DNA from: Patescibacteria group bacterium
Lineage (GTDB): Bacteria > Patescibacteriota > Patescibacteriia > SG8-24 > DYFX01
DNA length: 51,452 bases
NCBI GenBank assembly: GCA_030583805.1
Contig: CP129476.1
Span: forward strand, 1-51,452
Direction of reading: 5' to 3'
The notes below the pieces were generated by a model that saw only the letters and a program-made list of their open reading frames with translations, had not been told where the DNA came from and did no database searches. Position numbers and translations under genes: made by a program. Below are positions 1-8,725 of this stretch, in pieces (position 1 is the stretch's first letter; each line of letters opens with the position of its first letter).

Positions 1-46
1 GACACGGTCGGGATTTTTTGATACCCCCAAGGCCGGAGGCGGCATA

Positions 47-55
47 TGCTATACT
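47..55 (+). promoter_or_regulatory. Extended -10 element TGcTATACT, 6 nt upstream of the ftsE ATG (probable leaderless mRNA)
   Basis: tgctatact at 47-55, then gtcctc, then ATG at 62. No purine-rich SD. Confidence 0.45.
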
Positions 56-61
56 GTCCTC

Positions 62-742
62 ATGATCCGCCTGAAGAACGTCTCGAAGATGTACGGCCCC
101 GACATCGTCGGGGTGAAGAACATCAATCTGCACATCCGCGCCGGCGAGTTCGTTTCGATCGTCGGGCAAAGCGGCACGGGCAAATCCACGCTCGTGAAGC
201 TTTTGATCGCCGAGGAAAAACCGAGCGGCGGCTCGATCGAGGTGGGCGGTTGGGAGATCGGGCGCATCCAAGAACGGGACGTGCCGGGGCTGCGCCGCCA
301 GATCGGCGTCGTCTTCCAGGATTTCAAGCTGCTGCCAAAGAAAACCGTGTTTGAAAACGTGTCCTTCGCGCTCGAAGTCGCGGGCGTTTCCGGCCGCCGC
401 ATCCGCGAGGTCGTGCCGCACGTGCTGCGCATCGTGAATCTGGCCGGCAAGGAGAGCCGCTATCCGCAGCAGCTCTCGGGCGGCGAGCAGCAGCGCGTCG
501 TGATCGCCCGCTCGCTCGTGCATCGGCCGAAACTGATCGTGGCCGACGAGCCGACCGGCAACCTCGACTCGATCCACACCGGCGAGATCGTCGACATCTT
601 CCGCAAGATCAACGAGTTCGGCACGACGGTCGTGATGGTCACGCACAACCGCGAGATCGTGAACGCCATGCGCAAGCGCGTGCTCACGATCCACGCCGGC
701 GAGATCGTCGCCGACCACGAAGAAGGTAAATACCTCATTTAA
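62..742 (+). CDS. ftsE: Cell-division ABC transporter ATP-binding protein FtsE
   Basis: Walker A GQSGTGKST, ABC signature LSGGEQQR, Walker B LIVADEPT. An FtsX-like permease follows directly. Confidence 0.9.
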   Translation: MIRLKNVSKMYGPDIVGVKNINLHIRAGEFVSIVGQSGTGKSTLVKLLIAEEKPSGGSIEVGGWEIGRIQERDVPGLRRQIGVVFQDFKLLPKKTVFENVSFALEVAGVSGRRIREVVPHVLRIVNLAGKESRYPQQLSGGEQQRVVIARSLVHRPKLIVADEPTGNLDSIHTGEIVDIFRKINEFGTTVVMVTHNREIVNAMRKRVLTIHAGEIVADHEEGKYLI

Positions 743-748
743 CGCGCA

Positions 749-1660
749 ATGTTCGTTTCCAGCGCCCGCGTCGTCAAATTCGCGCTTAAGGATTTCTGGA
801 GGAATCTGGGCTTGTCGCTCATGACGATCTCGATTCTCGTTTTGACGTACCTGTCGCTCAACCTGCTCGTGATCGTCAACTTCTTCACCGACGCGGCGAT
901 CCGCGTGGTCGAGAATCGCGTGGATATTTCGGTCTACTTCGGCCCCGAGGTTTCGGACGACCGCATCCTGGCCGTCCGCGGCGACCTGACGTCGCTGCCG
1001 GAGGTCCAAGAGATCGAATTCATCTCGCGCGACCAAGCGCTCGAGCAGTTCAAGCGCAATCATGCCGACGAGCCGGCGATTCTCGAAGCGCTGCAGGAAG
1101 TGGGGGACAATCCGCTCGGCGCGGTACTGGTCGTGAAGGCGAAAGACGCCGCAAGCTACGGTCCGATCCTCGAGGCGCTTGAAAGCCCCGCGATCAAGAG
1201 CCTTGTCGCCGAAAAGACGGTTGAGGACCACCGCGCCTTGATCGAGCGCCTGATGCTGATCACCGGAAAGGTGCAGCGCGCGGCCCTATCGCTCAGCCTG
1301 CTCTTCGCGCTGATCTCGCTTTTGATCGTTTTCAACACGATTCGCGTTTCCATTTACATCCACCGCGAAGAGATCGCGATCATGCGGCTCGTCGGCGCGT
1401 CGAACAATTTCGTGCGCGTGCCTTTCCTGATCGAGACGCTCCTGTTCAACGTGTTGGCGCTCGGCCTCGTAGCCGCCGCCGTCTTCCCAGCACTGAATGC
1501 CATCGAACCGGCCGCGCGCGCCTTCTTCGACGCCGACGTGGCGATCGGCGCCTACTACCGCGAACACTGGCTTGAAATCTTCGGCTACCAGCTCGGCGCC
1601 GTTTCCTTCCTGAGCTTGATCGCCACTGCGCTTTCGATGCGGAGGTATTTGAGGAAATAA
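749..1660 (+). CDS. ftsX: FtsX-like cell-division permease
   Basis: 303 aa with an N-terminal TM, a large extracytoplasmic loop and three C-terminal TM helices. Starts 6 nt after the ftsE stop. Confidence 0.8.
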   Translation: MFVSSARVVKFALKDFWRNLGLSLMTISILVLTYLSLNLLVIVNFFTDAAIRVVENRVDISVYFGPEVSDDRILAVRGDLTSLPEVQEIEFISRDQALEQFKRNHADEPAILEALQEVGDNPLGAVLVVKAKDAASYGPILEALESPAIKSLVAEKTVEDHRALIERLMLITGKVQRAALSLSLLFALISLLIVFNTIRVSIYIHREEIAIMRLVGASNNFVRVPFLIETLLFNVLALGLVAAAVFPALNAIEPAARAFFDADVAIGAYYREHWLEIFGYQLGAVSFLSLIATALSMRRYLRK

Positions 1661-1670
1661 AAATCCGCGA

Positions 1671-2537
1671 TCAGGGCATCATGCCCATTTCGCGGAAGAC
1701 GATCAGAAGCGCGTCGGTTTTCTTTCTGTCGGGACACATTTCATCCACGAGACGTTCGAGGGTATCACGGTTCTCTTCGACGAACGCGCGTTCGTCCGGA
1801 GGAGCGCTGGCGCGCCAGAGCATGTTTGCCATCGTGACGTAGGGGTCCGGCGTGACGCGGACGAAGCGCATGTAGTCGAGTCCGTCGCGCGTCCGCGGGT
1901 GCAGGACGATCGGTACATGTCCCGTCGCTTTCAGCACGTGCTCGGCCTCGTACGCGATGTCCTCGGGTACGTACCGGCGGACCTGCGGCCCCAGGATGCT
2001 GCGGCAGCGCTCGCTCATGCCGAGCTCGGCGGCGATCGCGTCGAACGCATCGTTGTGCTTCTTGGCGTCGTCGACGCTGAAGATGTGCATGTCCGGATCC
2101 TTCTCGAACCACTTGAGGATGATCCGGTAGCTGTCGGCTTTCGGCTGATGTCCGACGAACAGCTGCCAGCGGATCGGAATGCGGTGTTCCAGCAGGAAGA
2201 ACATCACGCGCATGGCCAGGAAGCTGGACCGTGCCGTGACGACGTCTTGCGACACCTGCATGCCCTCCGTTCCGCATTCCCGCGCGAGTTCCGCCCACGG
2301 CCCCTTTTCCAGGAGCTGCGTGATAAGGCGTTCCTCGTACCGGAAATACTCCGGAACGGCGAACTTCAGATGGGAGAAAACGTCGTCGCTGCGGCCTGCC
2401 GCTAGGACGTGATCGACATCCCAGACGAAGTGCACCTTCTTTCCGGAGGCGACAAGCCGGCGGACGTCTTCTCTGACGGACTGCACGAAATCCGCGCAGG
2501 CCTGCAACTCTTCGGAAGTGCTCGGTTGAAAGGTCAT
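1671..2537 (-). CDS. Hypothetical protein, possibly HAD-like fold
   Basis: AAGGAG SD 5 nt before the ATG. Has a DxDxV-like motif WDVDHVL and a later VDDAKKH. No confident family assignment. Confidence 0.55.
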   Translation of the reverse strand: MTFQPSTSEELQACADFVQSVREDVRRLVASGKKVHFVWDVDHVLAAGRSDDVFSHLKFAVPEYFRYEERLITQLLEKGPWAELARECGTEGMQVSQDVVTARSSFLAMRVMFFLLEHRIPIRWQLFVGHQPKADSYRIILKWFEKDPDMHIFSVDDAKKHNDAFDAIAAELGMSERCRSILGPQVRRYVPEDIAYEAEHVLKATGHVPIVLHPRTRDGLDYMRFVRVTPDPYVTMANMLWRASAPPDERAFVEENRDTLERLVDEMCPDRKKTDALLIVFREMGMMP

Positions 2538-2566
2538 GCGGACTCCTTGTCCCCAGGGACGCCACG

Positions 2567-2595
2567 ACTGTAGCGATCAAAAAACCGCCAGTCAA
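2567..2595 (-). promoter_or_regulatory. Sigma70-type promoter TTGACT-N17-TACAGT for the 1671-2537 gene
   Basis: On the minus strand: ttgact (2590-2595), 17-nt spacer, tacagt (2567-2572). Confidence 0.5.
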
Positions 2596-2606
2596 TGGAC
2601 CGGCGG
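2579..2606 (-). terminator. Intrinsic terminator at the 3' end of the VOC gene
   Basis: Minus-strand hairpin ccgccggt/actggcgg (8 bp including one G-U) followed by TTTTTT. Overlaps the stop codon. Confidence 0.6.
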
Positions 2607-2978
2607 CGGGGGATCGTAGCCGACTTCGCGCACCAGGATGCGGCGGCCGTCGGGGTCTTCGAAGATGGCTGAACGGAGCTTTTGCTCCGGATCGTAGTAC
2701 TTGACCGGATCGCGCTCCAGACCGAGCTGGTTCGCGACGCGCAGGACCTCGTCGAAGCGGCGCACGTCGACGATCCAGAAATCATTCTTCGGGCGCGCGA
2801 CGTGCGAGCCGCTTTCCGCCGGATAGAACTCGAACACGCAGAGGCCGAAGTCCACCGAATAGTGGATCGGACCCTTGCCATGCTGCTCCTCGACAAGCAC
2901 GTAGCCCAGCGCCTCATAGAACTGGCGCGTGCGGTCGAGATGCTTGACCTTGATCACGCGGACGGTTTTCGGCTGCAT
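2592..2978 (-). CDS. VOC / glyoxalase-family protein
   Basis: 128 aa. N-terminal motif HLDRTRQFYEALGY and C-terminal FEDPDGRRILV are typical of the vicinal oxygen chelate fold. GGAGG SD present. Confidence 0.7.
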   Translation of the reverse strand: MQPKTVRVIKVKHLDRTRQFYEALGYVLVEEQHGKGPIHYSVDFGLCVFEFYPAESGSHVARPKNDFWIVDVRRFDEVLRVANQLGLERDPVKYYDPEQKLRSAIFEDPDGRRILVREVGYDPPPPVH

Positions 2979-3029
2979 GCGCGCCTCCGAGGTTGCATAC
3001 GTCCACCGTAAACGGAGAACGAGGGAGCG

Positions 3030-3533
3030 TCAATCCGTGAGAATTTCCGTAGACGTCAGCTTCGCACGGATGCCTTCAAGGTCCTGTTTTGAAACGTCGT
3101 TGCCGCGCAAGTCCAGCGTGCGTAGGTTCTTAAGGTTGCCAAGCTCCATCGGGAGCCCGGTGAGGCGATTGTTCGAGAGATCGAGCGTTTGCAGCGAAGA
3201 CAGCTGGCCGATTTCCGCCGGCACGCCGGTCATATCGTTGTCGCTGGCGTCGAGCATGCGCAAGCGCTGCAAAAAGCGAATTTCGCCCGGGAGGGCGCCC
3301 GTCAGGCGGTTTCCGGAGAGGTCGAGTTCCTCGAGATCGGTTTTTGAAAAGACGGACGACGGAACTTTTTCCAAGCCGCTGCCGGACAGGTCGAGTCGTT
3401 TGGAAGAAGCCGCTGCCGGCGCTGTCGCGGGGTTCGATGTTTGAGAATCGTTGGTCGGCGCTGCCGTCTCGACGCAACCGGCTCCGAGCAGGACGACGAC
3501 GGCGAGGATGATGGCTTTGGAGGTATTCTGCAT
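3030..3533 (-). CDS. Leucine-rich-repeat secreted protein, probable lipoprotein
   Basis: Signal peptide ending LLGAGC. At least five LxxLxLxxNxL repeats (LDLSGNRLTG, LDASDNDMTG, LDLSNNRLTG, LDLRGNDVS). Confidence 0.8.
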   Translation of the reverse strand: MQNTSKAIILAVVVLLGAGCVETAAPTNDSQTSNPATAPAAASSKRLDLSGSGLEKVPSSVFSKTDLEELDLSGNRLTGALPGEIRFLQRLRMLDASDNDMTGVPAEIGQLSSLQTLDLSNNRLTGLPMELGNLKNLRTLDLRGNDVSKQDLEGIRAKLTSTEILTD

Positions 3534-3584
3534 AGTGCTTTCACGCTACACCCGGAATGAAAAACCGACCAGGGCGCGGTAACG

Positions 3585-3613
3585 AAAAAACATCCGAATC
3601 ACGGATGTTTTTT
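3585..3613 (-). terminator. Intrinsic (bidirectional-looking) terminator downstream of tRNA-Gln
   Basis: Hairpin acatccg/cggatgt flanked by an A-run and a T-run, 3 nt after the tRNA CCA end. Confidence 0.75.
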
Positions 3614-3615
3614 CA

Positions 3616-3689
3616 TGGCTCGGGGACTTGGATTCGAACCAAGATTCACGGCTTCAAAGGCCGCTGTCCTACCATTGGACGATCCCCGA
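3616..3689 (-). tRNA. tRNA-Gln, anticodon UUG, CCA encoded
   Basis: Hand-folded cloverleaf: acceptor TCGGGGA/TCCCCGA, D-arm GTCC..GGAC, anticodon stem GCGGC/GCCGT with loop CTTTGAA, T-arm CTTGG-TTCGAAT-CCAAG, discriminator G, CCA. Confidence 0.92.
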
Positions 3690-3699
3690 AGGCAGCCGC

Positions 3700-3728
3700 A
3701 TCGTAGCGTAGATTGACGTGTTTGCCAA
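3700..3728 (-). promoter_or_regulatory. Promoter TTGGCA-N17-TACGAT for tRNA-Gln
   Basis: The minus-strand -10 ends 10 nt before the mature tRNA 5' end. Lies back-to-back with the 3713-3741 promoter. Confidence 0.55.
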
Positions 3729-3741
3729 GGGATTCTAAGGT
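3713..3741 (+). promoter_or_regulatory. Promoter TTGACG-N17-TAAGGT for the hydroxylase-family gene
   Basis: ttgacg 3713-3718, 17-nt spacer, taaggt 3736-3741. Confidence 0.5.
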
Positions 3742-3783
3742 AGACGCGCCCTTCCAAAACCGTCTCTCGCCAAGGAGTCCGTC

Positions 3784-4467
3784 GTGCACCCTGATCATCA
3801 TGACGACCGTCCTGCCGCCGCGTTCATTGCGGAGGAGCTCGCGAAGATTCCGGCGCGCTATTCTCCGATCGCGCACCTCTCAGCGACGGTCGGGATCTGC
3901 CTGGCCGTGCTGCTTCTCAGCGTTTCCATGATCGACGCCTTCGGCTGGCGCGAGGCCGCGGTGATTCCCGCCGCTTTCCTGCTCGCGAATCTCGTCGAAT
4001 GGATCGCGCACCGCGAACTGCTGCACAAGGAGCGCTTCGGTTTCCGGGTGCTCTATCAGCAGCACACGCCGCGTCATCACGTGATGTACCGCGAGGAGAG
4101 CATGGCCGTCGCGTCTCGGCGCGAATGGTACTTCGTCCTCATGCCGGCCAAGGGCGTCTTCGGTATCGCGCTGGCCGGCGCGCCCGTCGCGCTCGCGCTC
4201 GGATGGCTCATGGGGGCCGATGCCGCCTGGACCTTCATGGGCGTCGTCGGTTTCTACGCGGGGTCGTACGAGGTGATGCATCTGATCTACCACTTGCCGC
4301 ACGGCCATGCCGCCCGCGGGACGGAGATCATCCGCAAGCTCAGCCGCCATCACGCGCGGCATCACGATCCACGCGTCATGATGACGAAGAATCTCAACGT
4401 GACGTTCCCGATCTTCGACTGGATCTTCGGCACGATCGCGCCGAAGCATCATTCGACGGAGCCGTAA
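3784..4467 (+). CDS. Fatty acid hydroxylase / sterol desaturase superfamily membrane protein
   Basis: GTG start with AAGGAG SD. Histidine boxes HRELLH, HTPRHHVMY and HHARHH. Several TM segments. Confidence 0.75.
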   Translation: MHPDHHDDRPAAAFIAEELAKIPARYSPIAHLSATVGICLAVLLLSVSMIDAFGWREAAVIPAAFLLANLVEWIAHRELLHKERFGFRVLYQQHTPRHHVMYREESMAVASRREWYFVLMPAKGVFGIALAGAPVALALGWLMGADAAWTFMGVVGFYAGSYEVMHLIYHLPHGHAARGTEIIRKLSRHHARHHDPRVMMTKNLNVTFPIFDWIFGTIAPKHHSTEP

Positions 4468-4481
4468 GCGCTCCGTTTTTT
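4457..4481 (+). terminator. Intrinsic terminator
   Basis: Stem cggagc/gctccg, 7-nt loop, then TTTTTT. Overlaps the stop codon. Confidence 0.65.
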
Positions 4482-4545
4482 CTTTTGCGGGCGCTGCCGC
4501 CGCGCCGTTCTCGATCGGTTCGGTATCCCAAAGGTTTGCGCAAGG

Positions 4546-4554
4546 TGGTAAGAT
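4546..4554 (+). promoter_or_regulatory. Extended -10 element TGgTAAGAT, 6 nt upstream of the M23 peptidase ATG (probable leaderless mRNA)
   Basis: tggtaagat then ggacgc then ATG at 4561. Confidence 0.4.
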
Positions 4555-4560
4555 GGACGC

Positions 4561-5586
4561 ATGACTGTAAAAAACAGCTTGTTTCTGCTTAAAAAAACAT
4601 TTATCGCCGCATGCGCGGTGATGCTCGGAGCGACGGCGCTTCCTCTCAGGGCGGAAGTCATCCGACCGATCGTGTTCCCCGTGCAAGGGGAAGCGTACTT
4701 TACCGACACGTTCAACGACGGCAGGAGCGGCGGCCGTTCGCATGAAGGGATCGACATCATGGCCGACAAGATGACGCCGGTCATTGCCGTGATCGACGGG
4801 CGCATCCGCTGGATGACCGAGACCGAGGCTTCGTACGGCTGGATGGTCGTTTTGGAAGACGCCGAAGGATACGAATACTCCTACATCCACCTCAATAACG
4901 ACACGCCGGGAACGGACGACGGCATGGGCGGACGCGAATATGCGATCGCCCCCGGCATTGAACGCGGCGCTTTCGTCACGAAGGGGCAGTTGATCGGCTG
5001 GGTCGGGGATTCCGGCAACGCCGAGACCACCCCGCCGCACCTGCATTTTGAAATCGAGGAGCCGGGCGGCCTCGCGGTCAATCCGTACTGGACGCTCTTG
5101 GCCGCCGAGCGGCCCGGGAGATTCGATCCAGAAGCGGCGAAGATCGTGAGCCCCGACATCAATACCGATAAGGGCTTGCCGACGTCCGGCGGCGTGGCGT
5201 GCCTTTCGGGGTCGTTGATCAAATCTCCGACGGCCAGCGCCGTCTATTATTGCGGCGGCGACGGGAAGCGGTACGTTTTCCCGAACGACAAGACATACTT
5301 CACCTGGTACGCGGATTTCACGGGCGTAAAAACCGTGACGGCCGAAGATCTCGCGGCCGTGCCGATCGGCGGCAACGTCACGTATCGTCCCGGCGTGAAG
5401 CTGCTTAAGATTCAGTCCGACCCGAAAGTGTACGCCGTGGATCGCGGCGGCACGCTGCGCTGGGTGACGAGCGACACGATCGCCGCCGCGCTGTACGGAA
5501 CGGCGTGGGCCAAGCAGGTACACGACCTCTCGGACGCGTTCTTCGTCAACTATAAACTCGGTGAGCCGGTCACGACGGCTGACTGA
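4561..5586 (+). CDS. M23 (LytM-type) metallopeptidase with a C-terminal domain of unknown type
   Basis: Signal peptide. M23 motifs HEGIDI and PPHLHFEI. Confidence 0.85.
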   Translation: MTVKNSLFLLKKTFIAACAVMLGATALPLRAEVIRPIVFPVQGEAYFTDTFNDGRSGGRSHEGIDIMADKMTPVIAVIDGRIRWMTETEASYGWMVVLEDAEGYEYSYIHLNNDTPGTDDGMGGREYAIAPGIERGAFVTKGQLIGWVGDSGNAETTPPHLHFEIEEPGGLAVNPYWTLLAAERPGRFDPEAAKIVSPDINTDKGLPTSGGVACLSGSLIKSPTASAVYYCGGDGKRYVFPNDKTYFTWYADFTGVKTVTAEDLAAVPIGGNVTYRPGVKLLKIQSDPKVYAVDRGGTLRWVTSDTIAAALYGTAWAKQVHDLSDAFFVNYKLGEPVTTAD

Positions 5587-5595
5587 TCAAACGGC

Positions 5596-6039
5596 ATGTC
5601 TCCCTTCGCCATCGCCGCGTCCTTTGTCTTCTACAGCATCGTGGGTTGGTTTCTTGATACCGCCTGGCGCACGCTGCGCAAGCACCGCTATACGAAGGGC
5701 GGCTTCTCGAAATATCCTTTCAGTCCGATCTACGGCTTCGGAGCCTTGATCGCGATCAGTTTGGAGCCGGTGCTGCGGACCTGGGCGCTCTGGCTGCAAT
5801 GGTCGTTCCTTTCGGTCTTGCTCGGCGCGTTCGAGTACGCGAGCGGCGTCATGATCGTGAAAACGCTGCGCCGCCGCCTTTGGAACTACACGGACGAGCC
5901 GTTGGATCTCGAAGGGCACACGACGCCGTACTACGCGTTGGCGTGGGGAGCGCTGGCGCTGCTCGTGATCTACGTCATTCAACCGGGACTCGAAACGCGC
6001 TGTCTCGACATCCCGCTCTGCGCGGCTTGGCTGCGCTAA
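5596..6039 (+). CDS. Small membrane protein of the 'putative ABC-transporter type IV' (CmpB-like) family
   Basis: [11 protein letters not shown] and [18 protein letters not shown] match my memory of this family's signature. Four TM segments. Confidence 0.55.
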   Translation: MSPFAIAASFVFYSIVGWFLDTAWRTLRKHRYTKGGFSKYPFSPIYGFGALIAISLEPVLRTWALWLQWSFLSVLLGAFEYASGVMIVKTLRRRLWNYTDEPLDLEGHTTPYYALAWGALALLVIYVIQPGLETRCLDIPLCAAWLR

Positions 6040-6046
6040 CCTTTCT

Positions 6047-6448
6047 ATGGCTGAAGATAAAATTATCCGCACGGAAGAGGAGTGGAAGCGCTTGCTGACG
6101 CCGGAGGAGTACCGCGTCTTGCGCGAAAAAGGAACGGAGCCGCCGGGCTCGGGCGAGTTGTATCACAACACGGAACGAGGAACGTACATGTGCCGCGCGT
6201 GCGGCGCCGAATTGTTCAAGTCCGACGCGAAATACGATTCCGGTTCCGGCTGGCCGAGCTTTTGGCAGGCGGTCGACCCTTCGAAAATCGCGACCGAAAC
6301 CGATACGAGCCACGGCATGCTCCGCAAGGAGATCCTGTGCGCGCGCTGCGGTTCGCATCTCGGTCACGTTTTCGACGACGGGCCGAAGGAAACGACCGGG
6401 CAGCGGTTTTGCGTCAATTCGATGTCGTTGAAATTCAAAAAAGAATGA
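6047..6448 (+). CDS. msrB: Peptide-methionine (R)-S-oxide reductase MsrB
   Basis: Two CxxC pairs ([20 protein letters not shown]), GWPSF, RFCVNS. Confidence 0.92.
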   Translation: MAEDKIIRTEEEWKRLLTPEEYRVLREKGTEPPGSGELYHNTERGTYMCRACGAELFKSDAKYDSGSGWPSFWQAVDPSKIATETDTSHGMLRKEILCARCGSHLGHVFDDGPKETTGQRFCVNSMSLKFKKE

Positions 6449-7014
6449 AGCCTATGCTGAACGTCGCCATTATTCTGGGAAGCACGCGGCCGAACCGTTT
6501 GAGCGAGCCGATCGGGCTTTGGGTAGAGGCCGCCGCGAAAAAGACGGAGGGGTGGAACGTCGAACGCGTCGATCTGCGCGACTGGCCGCTGCCCTTCTAT
6601 CAGGAAGCCGCCAGCGTCATGCAGCTGAAAGGGGAGTATTCCATCGACCTCGCGAAGGAGTGGTCGAAAAAGATCGCTTCGTTCGACGCGTATATTCTAG
6701 TGACGCCCGAGTACAACCATGGTACGTCGGCGGTGTTAAAAAACGCGCTTGATTACCTGTACGCGGAATGGAACAACAAGCCGGTGGCGTTCGTCGGGTA
6801 CGGCAGCGTCGGCGGCGCGCGGGCGGTCGAACAGCTGCGCCTGGTGGCCGGCGAGCTCCAGATGGCCGACATCCGCGAAGCGGTGCACGTCGCCAATCCG
6901 TGGATGCTCGTGAAGGACGGCGTGTTCGCTGCCGAGGAGTTTCATGGTAAAAAGTTGGCGGCCTTAATCGCCCAGCTCGACTGGTGGGCCAAAGCGCTCC
7001 AGGCCGCGCGCTAA
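6445..7014 (+). CDS. NAD(P)H-dependent FMN reductase family oxidoreductase
   Basis: ATGA overlap with the msrB stop. Motifs ILGSTRPNR and [19 protein letters not shown]. The longer ORF from 6082 is an out-of-gene extension. Confidence 0.8.
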   Translation: MKPMLNVAIILGSTRPNRLSEPIGLWVEAAAKKTEGWNVERVDLRDWPLPFYQEAASVMQLKGEYSIDLAKEWSKKIASFDAYILVTPEYNHGTSAVLKNALDYLYAEWNNKPVAFVGYGSVGGARAVEQLRLVAGELQMADIREAVHVANPWMLVKDGVFAAEEFHGKKLAALIAQLDWWAKALQAAR

Positions 7015-7033
7015 AAACGCATAACGCAGTTCC

Positions 7034-7339
7034 ATGCTCAGAGACTTCATCGAATTTATTCGCGAGAAAGGCGTGGTCGGACTGGCCGTCGGCTTCCTCA
7101 TGGGAGGCGCGATATCCAAGCTCGTGACGGCGCTCGTTGAGGATATTATCAATCCGCTCGTCGGACTCATGCTCGGCAAGGCGGGGAACTTGGCCGAAGC
7201 GTCGGTGATGGTCGGTACGGCCACGCTGAAGTGGGGCGCATTTATCACGACCTTGATCGACTTCATCATCATCTGCGCCGTCATCTATCTCGGCGTGCGC
7301 GTGCTGCGGCTCGATCGCATCGATAAGAAAAAAACCTAA
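7034..7339 (+). CDS. mscL: Large-conductance mechanosensitive channel MscL
   Basis: N-terminus FIEFIREKGVVGLAVGFLMGGA, two TM helices, 101 aa. Confidence 0.8.
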   Translation: MLRDFIEFIREKGVVGLAVGFLMGGAISKLVTALVEDIINPLVGLMLGKAGNLAEASVMVGTATLKWGAFITTLIDFIIICAVIYLGVRVLRLDRIDKKKT

Positions 7340-7346
7340 CGCTTCT

Positions 7347-7742
7347 ATGAGCGCGATTCTTCATGGTATTCAGGAGACGCAGGAGAATGAAAATTTTCGG
7401 AAGGTTCTTTTTACCGGCAAGAAGTCCCAGCTTGTCGCGATGAGCATTCCTGCCGGCGGCGAGATCGGGGAAGAAACGCATGATCACGTTGAGCAAACGT
7501 TGTATTTCCACGCTGGAGAGGGCGAGGCCGTGCTCGATGGCCAAGCCAGCCCGATCCGCGCGGGCGACGTCCTGGTCGTAACGCCCGGAACGCGGCATAA
7601 TGTAAGAAACACCGGTTCCGCACCGCTCAAGATCGCCACCGTCTACGCGCCGCCGAATCATATCGACGGGCGCATCCACGCGACGAAGGCCGACGCGGAT
7701 GCCGATGCGGAAGACGAAGCGTTCGGTCATCACGTTGCTTAA
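7347..7742 (+). CDS. Cupin-domain protein
   Basis: Cupin motifs GGEIGEETHDHVEQTLYF and PGTRHNVRNTG. Confidence 0.75.
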   Translation: MSAILHGIQETQENENFRKVLFTGKKSQLVAMSIPAGGEIGEETHDHVEQTLYFHAGEGEAVLDGQASPIRAGDVLVVTPGTRHNVRNTGSAPLKIATVYAPPNHIDGRIHATKADADADAEDEAFGHHVA

Positions 7743-7758
7743 TTCTTTGCTCGTTTGT

Positions 7759-8241
7759 ATGGGCATGCTTGAACAGTCCGATAAGAGACTCTTGGCGCTC
7801 TTGCGCGTCGCCTTGGGTTGGCTCTTCTTTTACGCCGGTTTTACTAAGGTGATCAATCCGGCTTGGTCGGCGAAGGGGTATCTGCTCGGCGCCAAGTCGT
7901 TTTCCGGGTTCTACGCCTGGTTGGCCTCCGACGGCGTGCTGCCGATCGTCGATTTCATGAACCAGTGGGGTCTCACGCTCCTCGGTATCTCGCTCATCCT
8001 CGGCATTGCGGTGCGCTTGTCGTCGGTGCTCGGCGCCTTCATGATGCTGATGTACTGGTTCCCGGTTCTGGATTTCCCGCGCGTCGATCACGGTTATCTG
8101 GTCGACGACCACATCGTGTATGCGCTCGTGCTCCTGTATTTCGCCGCCGTGGGCGCTGGACGGCATTACGGCTTGGGAGAACGTTGCGCGCGTCTGCCGT
8201 TCTGCATGCGTTCGCCGAAACTGCGAGCTTGGCTCAACTAA
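7759..8241 (+). CDS. DoxX-family membrane protein
   Basis: LLRVALGWLFFYAGFTKV and four TM segments. I chose the start at the ATG after the cupin stop. Confidence 0.7.
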   Translation: MGMLEQSDKRLLALLRVALGWLFFYAGFTKVINPAWSAKGYLLGAKSFSGFYAWLASDGVLPIVDFMNQWGLTLLGISLILGIAVRLSSVLGAFMMLMYWFPVLDFPRVDHGYLVDDHIVYALVLLYFAAVGAGRHYGLGERCARLPFCMRSPKLRAWLN

Positions 8242-8253
8242 ACGATCGAAAAG

Positions 8254-8278
8254 AAAAAAGCGCCACAGGCGCTTTTTT
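8254..8278. terminator. Bidirectional intrinsic terminator between convergent genes
   Basis: aaaaaagcgcc-aca-ggcgctttttt. Confidence 0.8.
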
Positions 8279-8293
8279 CGTTTGATCCGGTCG

Positions 8294-8677
8294 TTACTTG
8301 AACCACTCTTTGCGGCTCTTCGGCCAGCCGAGGAGCAAGAGCAGCGCGAGCGGCGCGCCCCAGTTCGCCCAGCGTTCGATAAAGTCCCAGACCGGCATGC
8401 CGACGATCGGCCGGACGAGCGCGGTCCAAGCGCCCCAGAAGGCGGCCCAGAGCAGGGCGGCCTTGATCGGCTTCAGAAGCACGATGGCGGCGATCAGGAT
8501 GTCCATGACGCCGATCAGCGTGAGCAGGGTTGCTGCCGTGGCTGCGTCCGCGCCCGTGAGCTGCGAAATCCATTTCAGCCAGTCCGCCTTGCCTTGGAGG
8601 GCGAAGACGCCATGGCCGATGAATTCGCCAGCAACGGCGATGCGCAGGACGAGCTGGGCTCTTAAAGAAGCTTCCAT
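8294..8677 (-). CDS. Hypothetical four-TM membrane protein (DoxX-like topology)
   Basis: 127 aa, hydrophobic, good GC3 frame. No confident family. Confidence 0.55.
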   Translation of the reverse strand: MEASLRAQLVLRIAVAGEFIGHGVFALQGKADWLKWISQLTGADAATAATLLTLIGVMDILIAAIVLLKPIKAALLWAAFWGAWTALVRPIVGMPVWDFIERWANWGAPLALLLLLGWPKSRKEWFK

Positions 8678-8725
8678 ACGTTCTTGGTATGAATATTGAA
8701 AGAAGCCATGCTTGCTTCCATTCTA

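Noticed and set aside
3880-5523. A 547-aa minus-strand ORF spanning the hydroxylase and M23 peptidase genes. Similar long shadow ORFs occur at 9090-10763, 16705-17844, 23664-25259, 26989-28170, 31218-32258 and 33930-34961.
   Set aside because: Each lies opposite or out of frame to a gene with clear family motifs. All have Arg/Gly/Pro-rich composition and lack start-site signals, so I treat them as high-GC artefacts.
6082-7014. A 310-aa ORF that would fuse an N-terminal extension to the FMN reductase.
   Set aside because: The extension overlaps msrB in another frame and is Arg-rich. The flavodoxin-like fold begins at [13 protein letters not shown] (6445).
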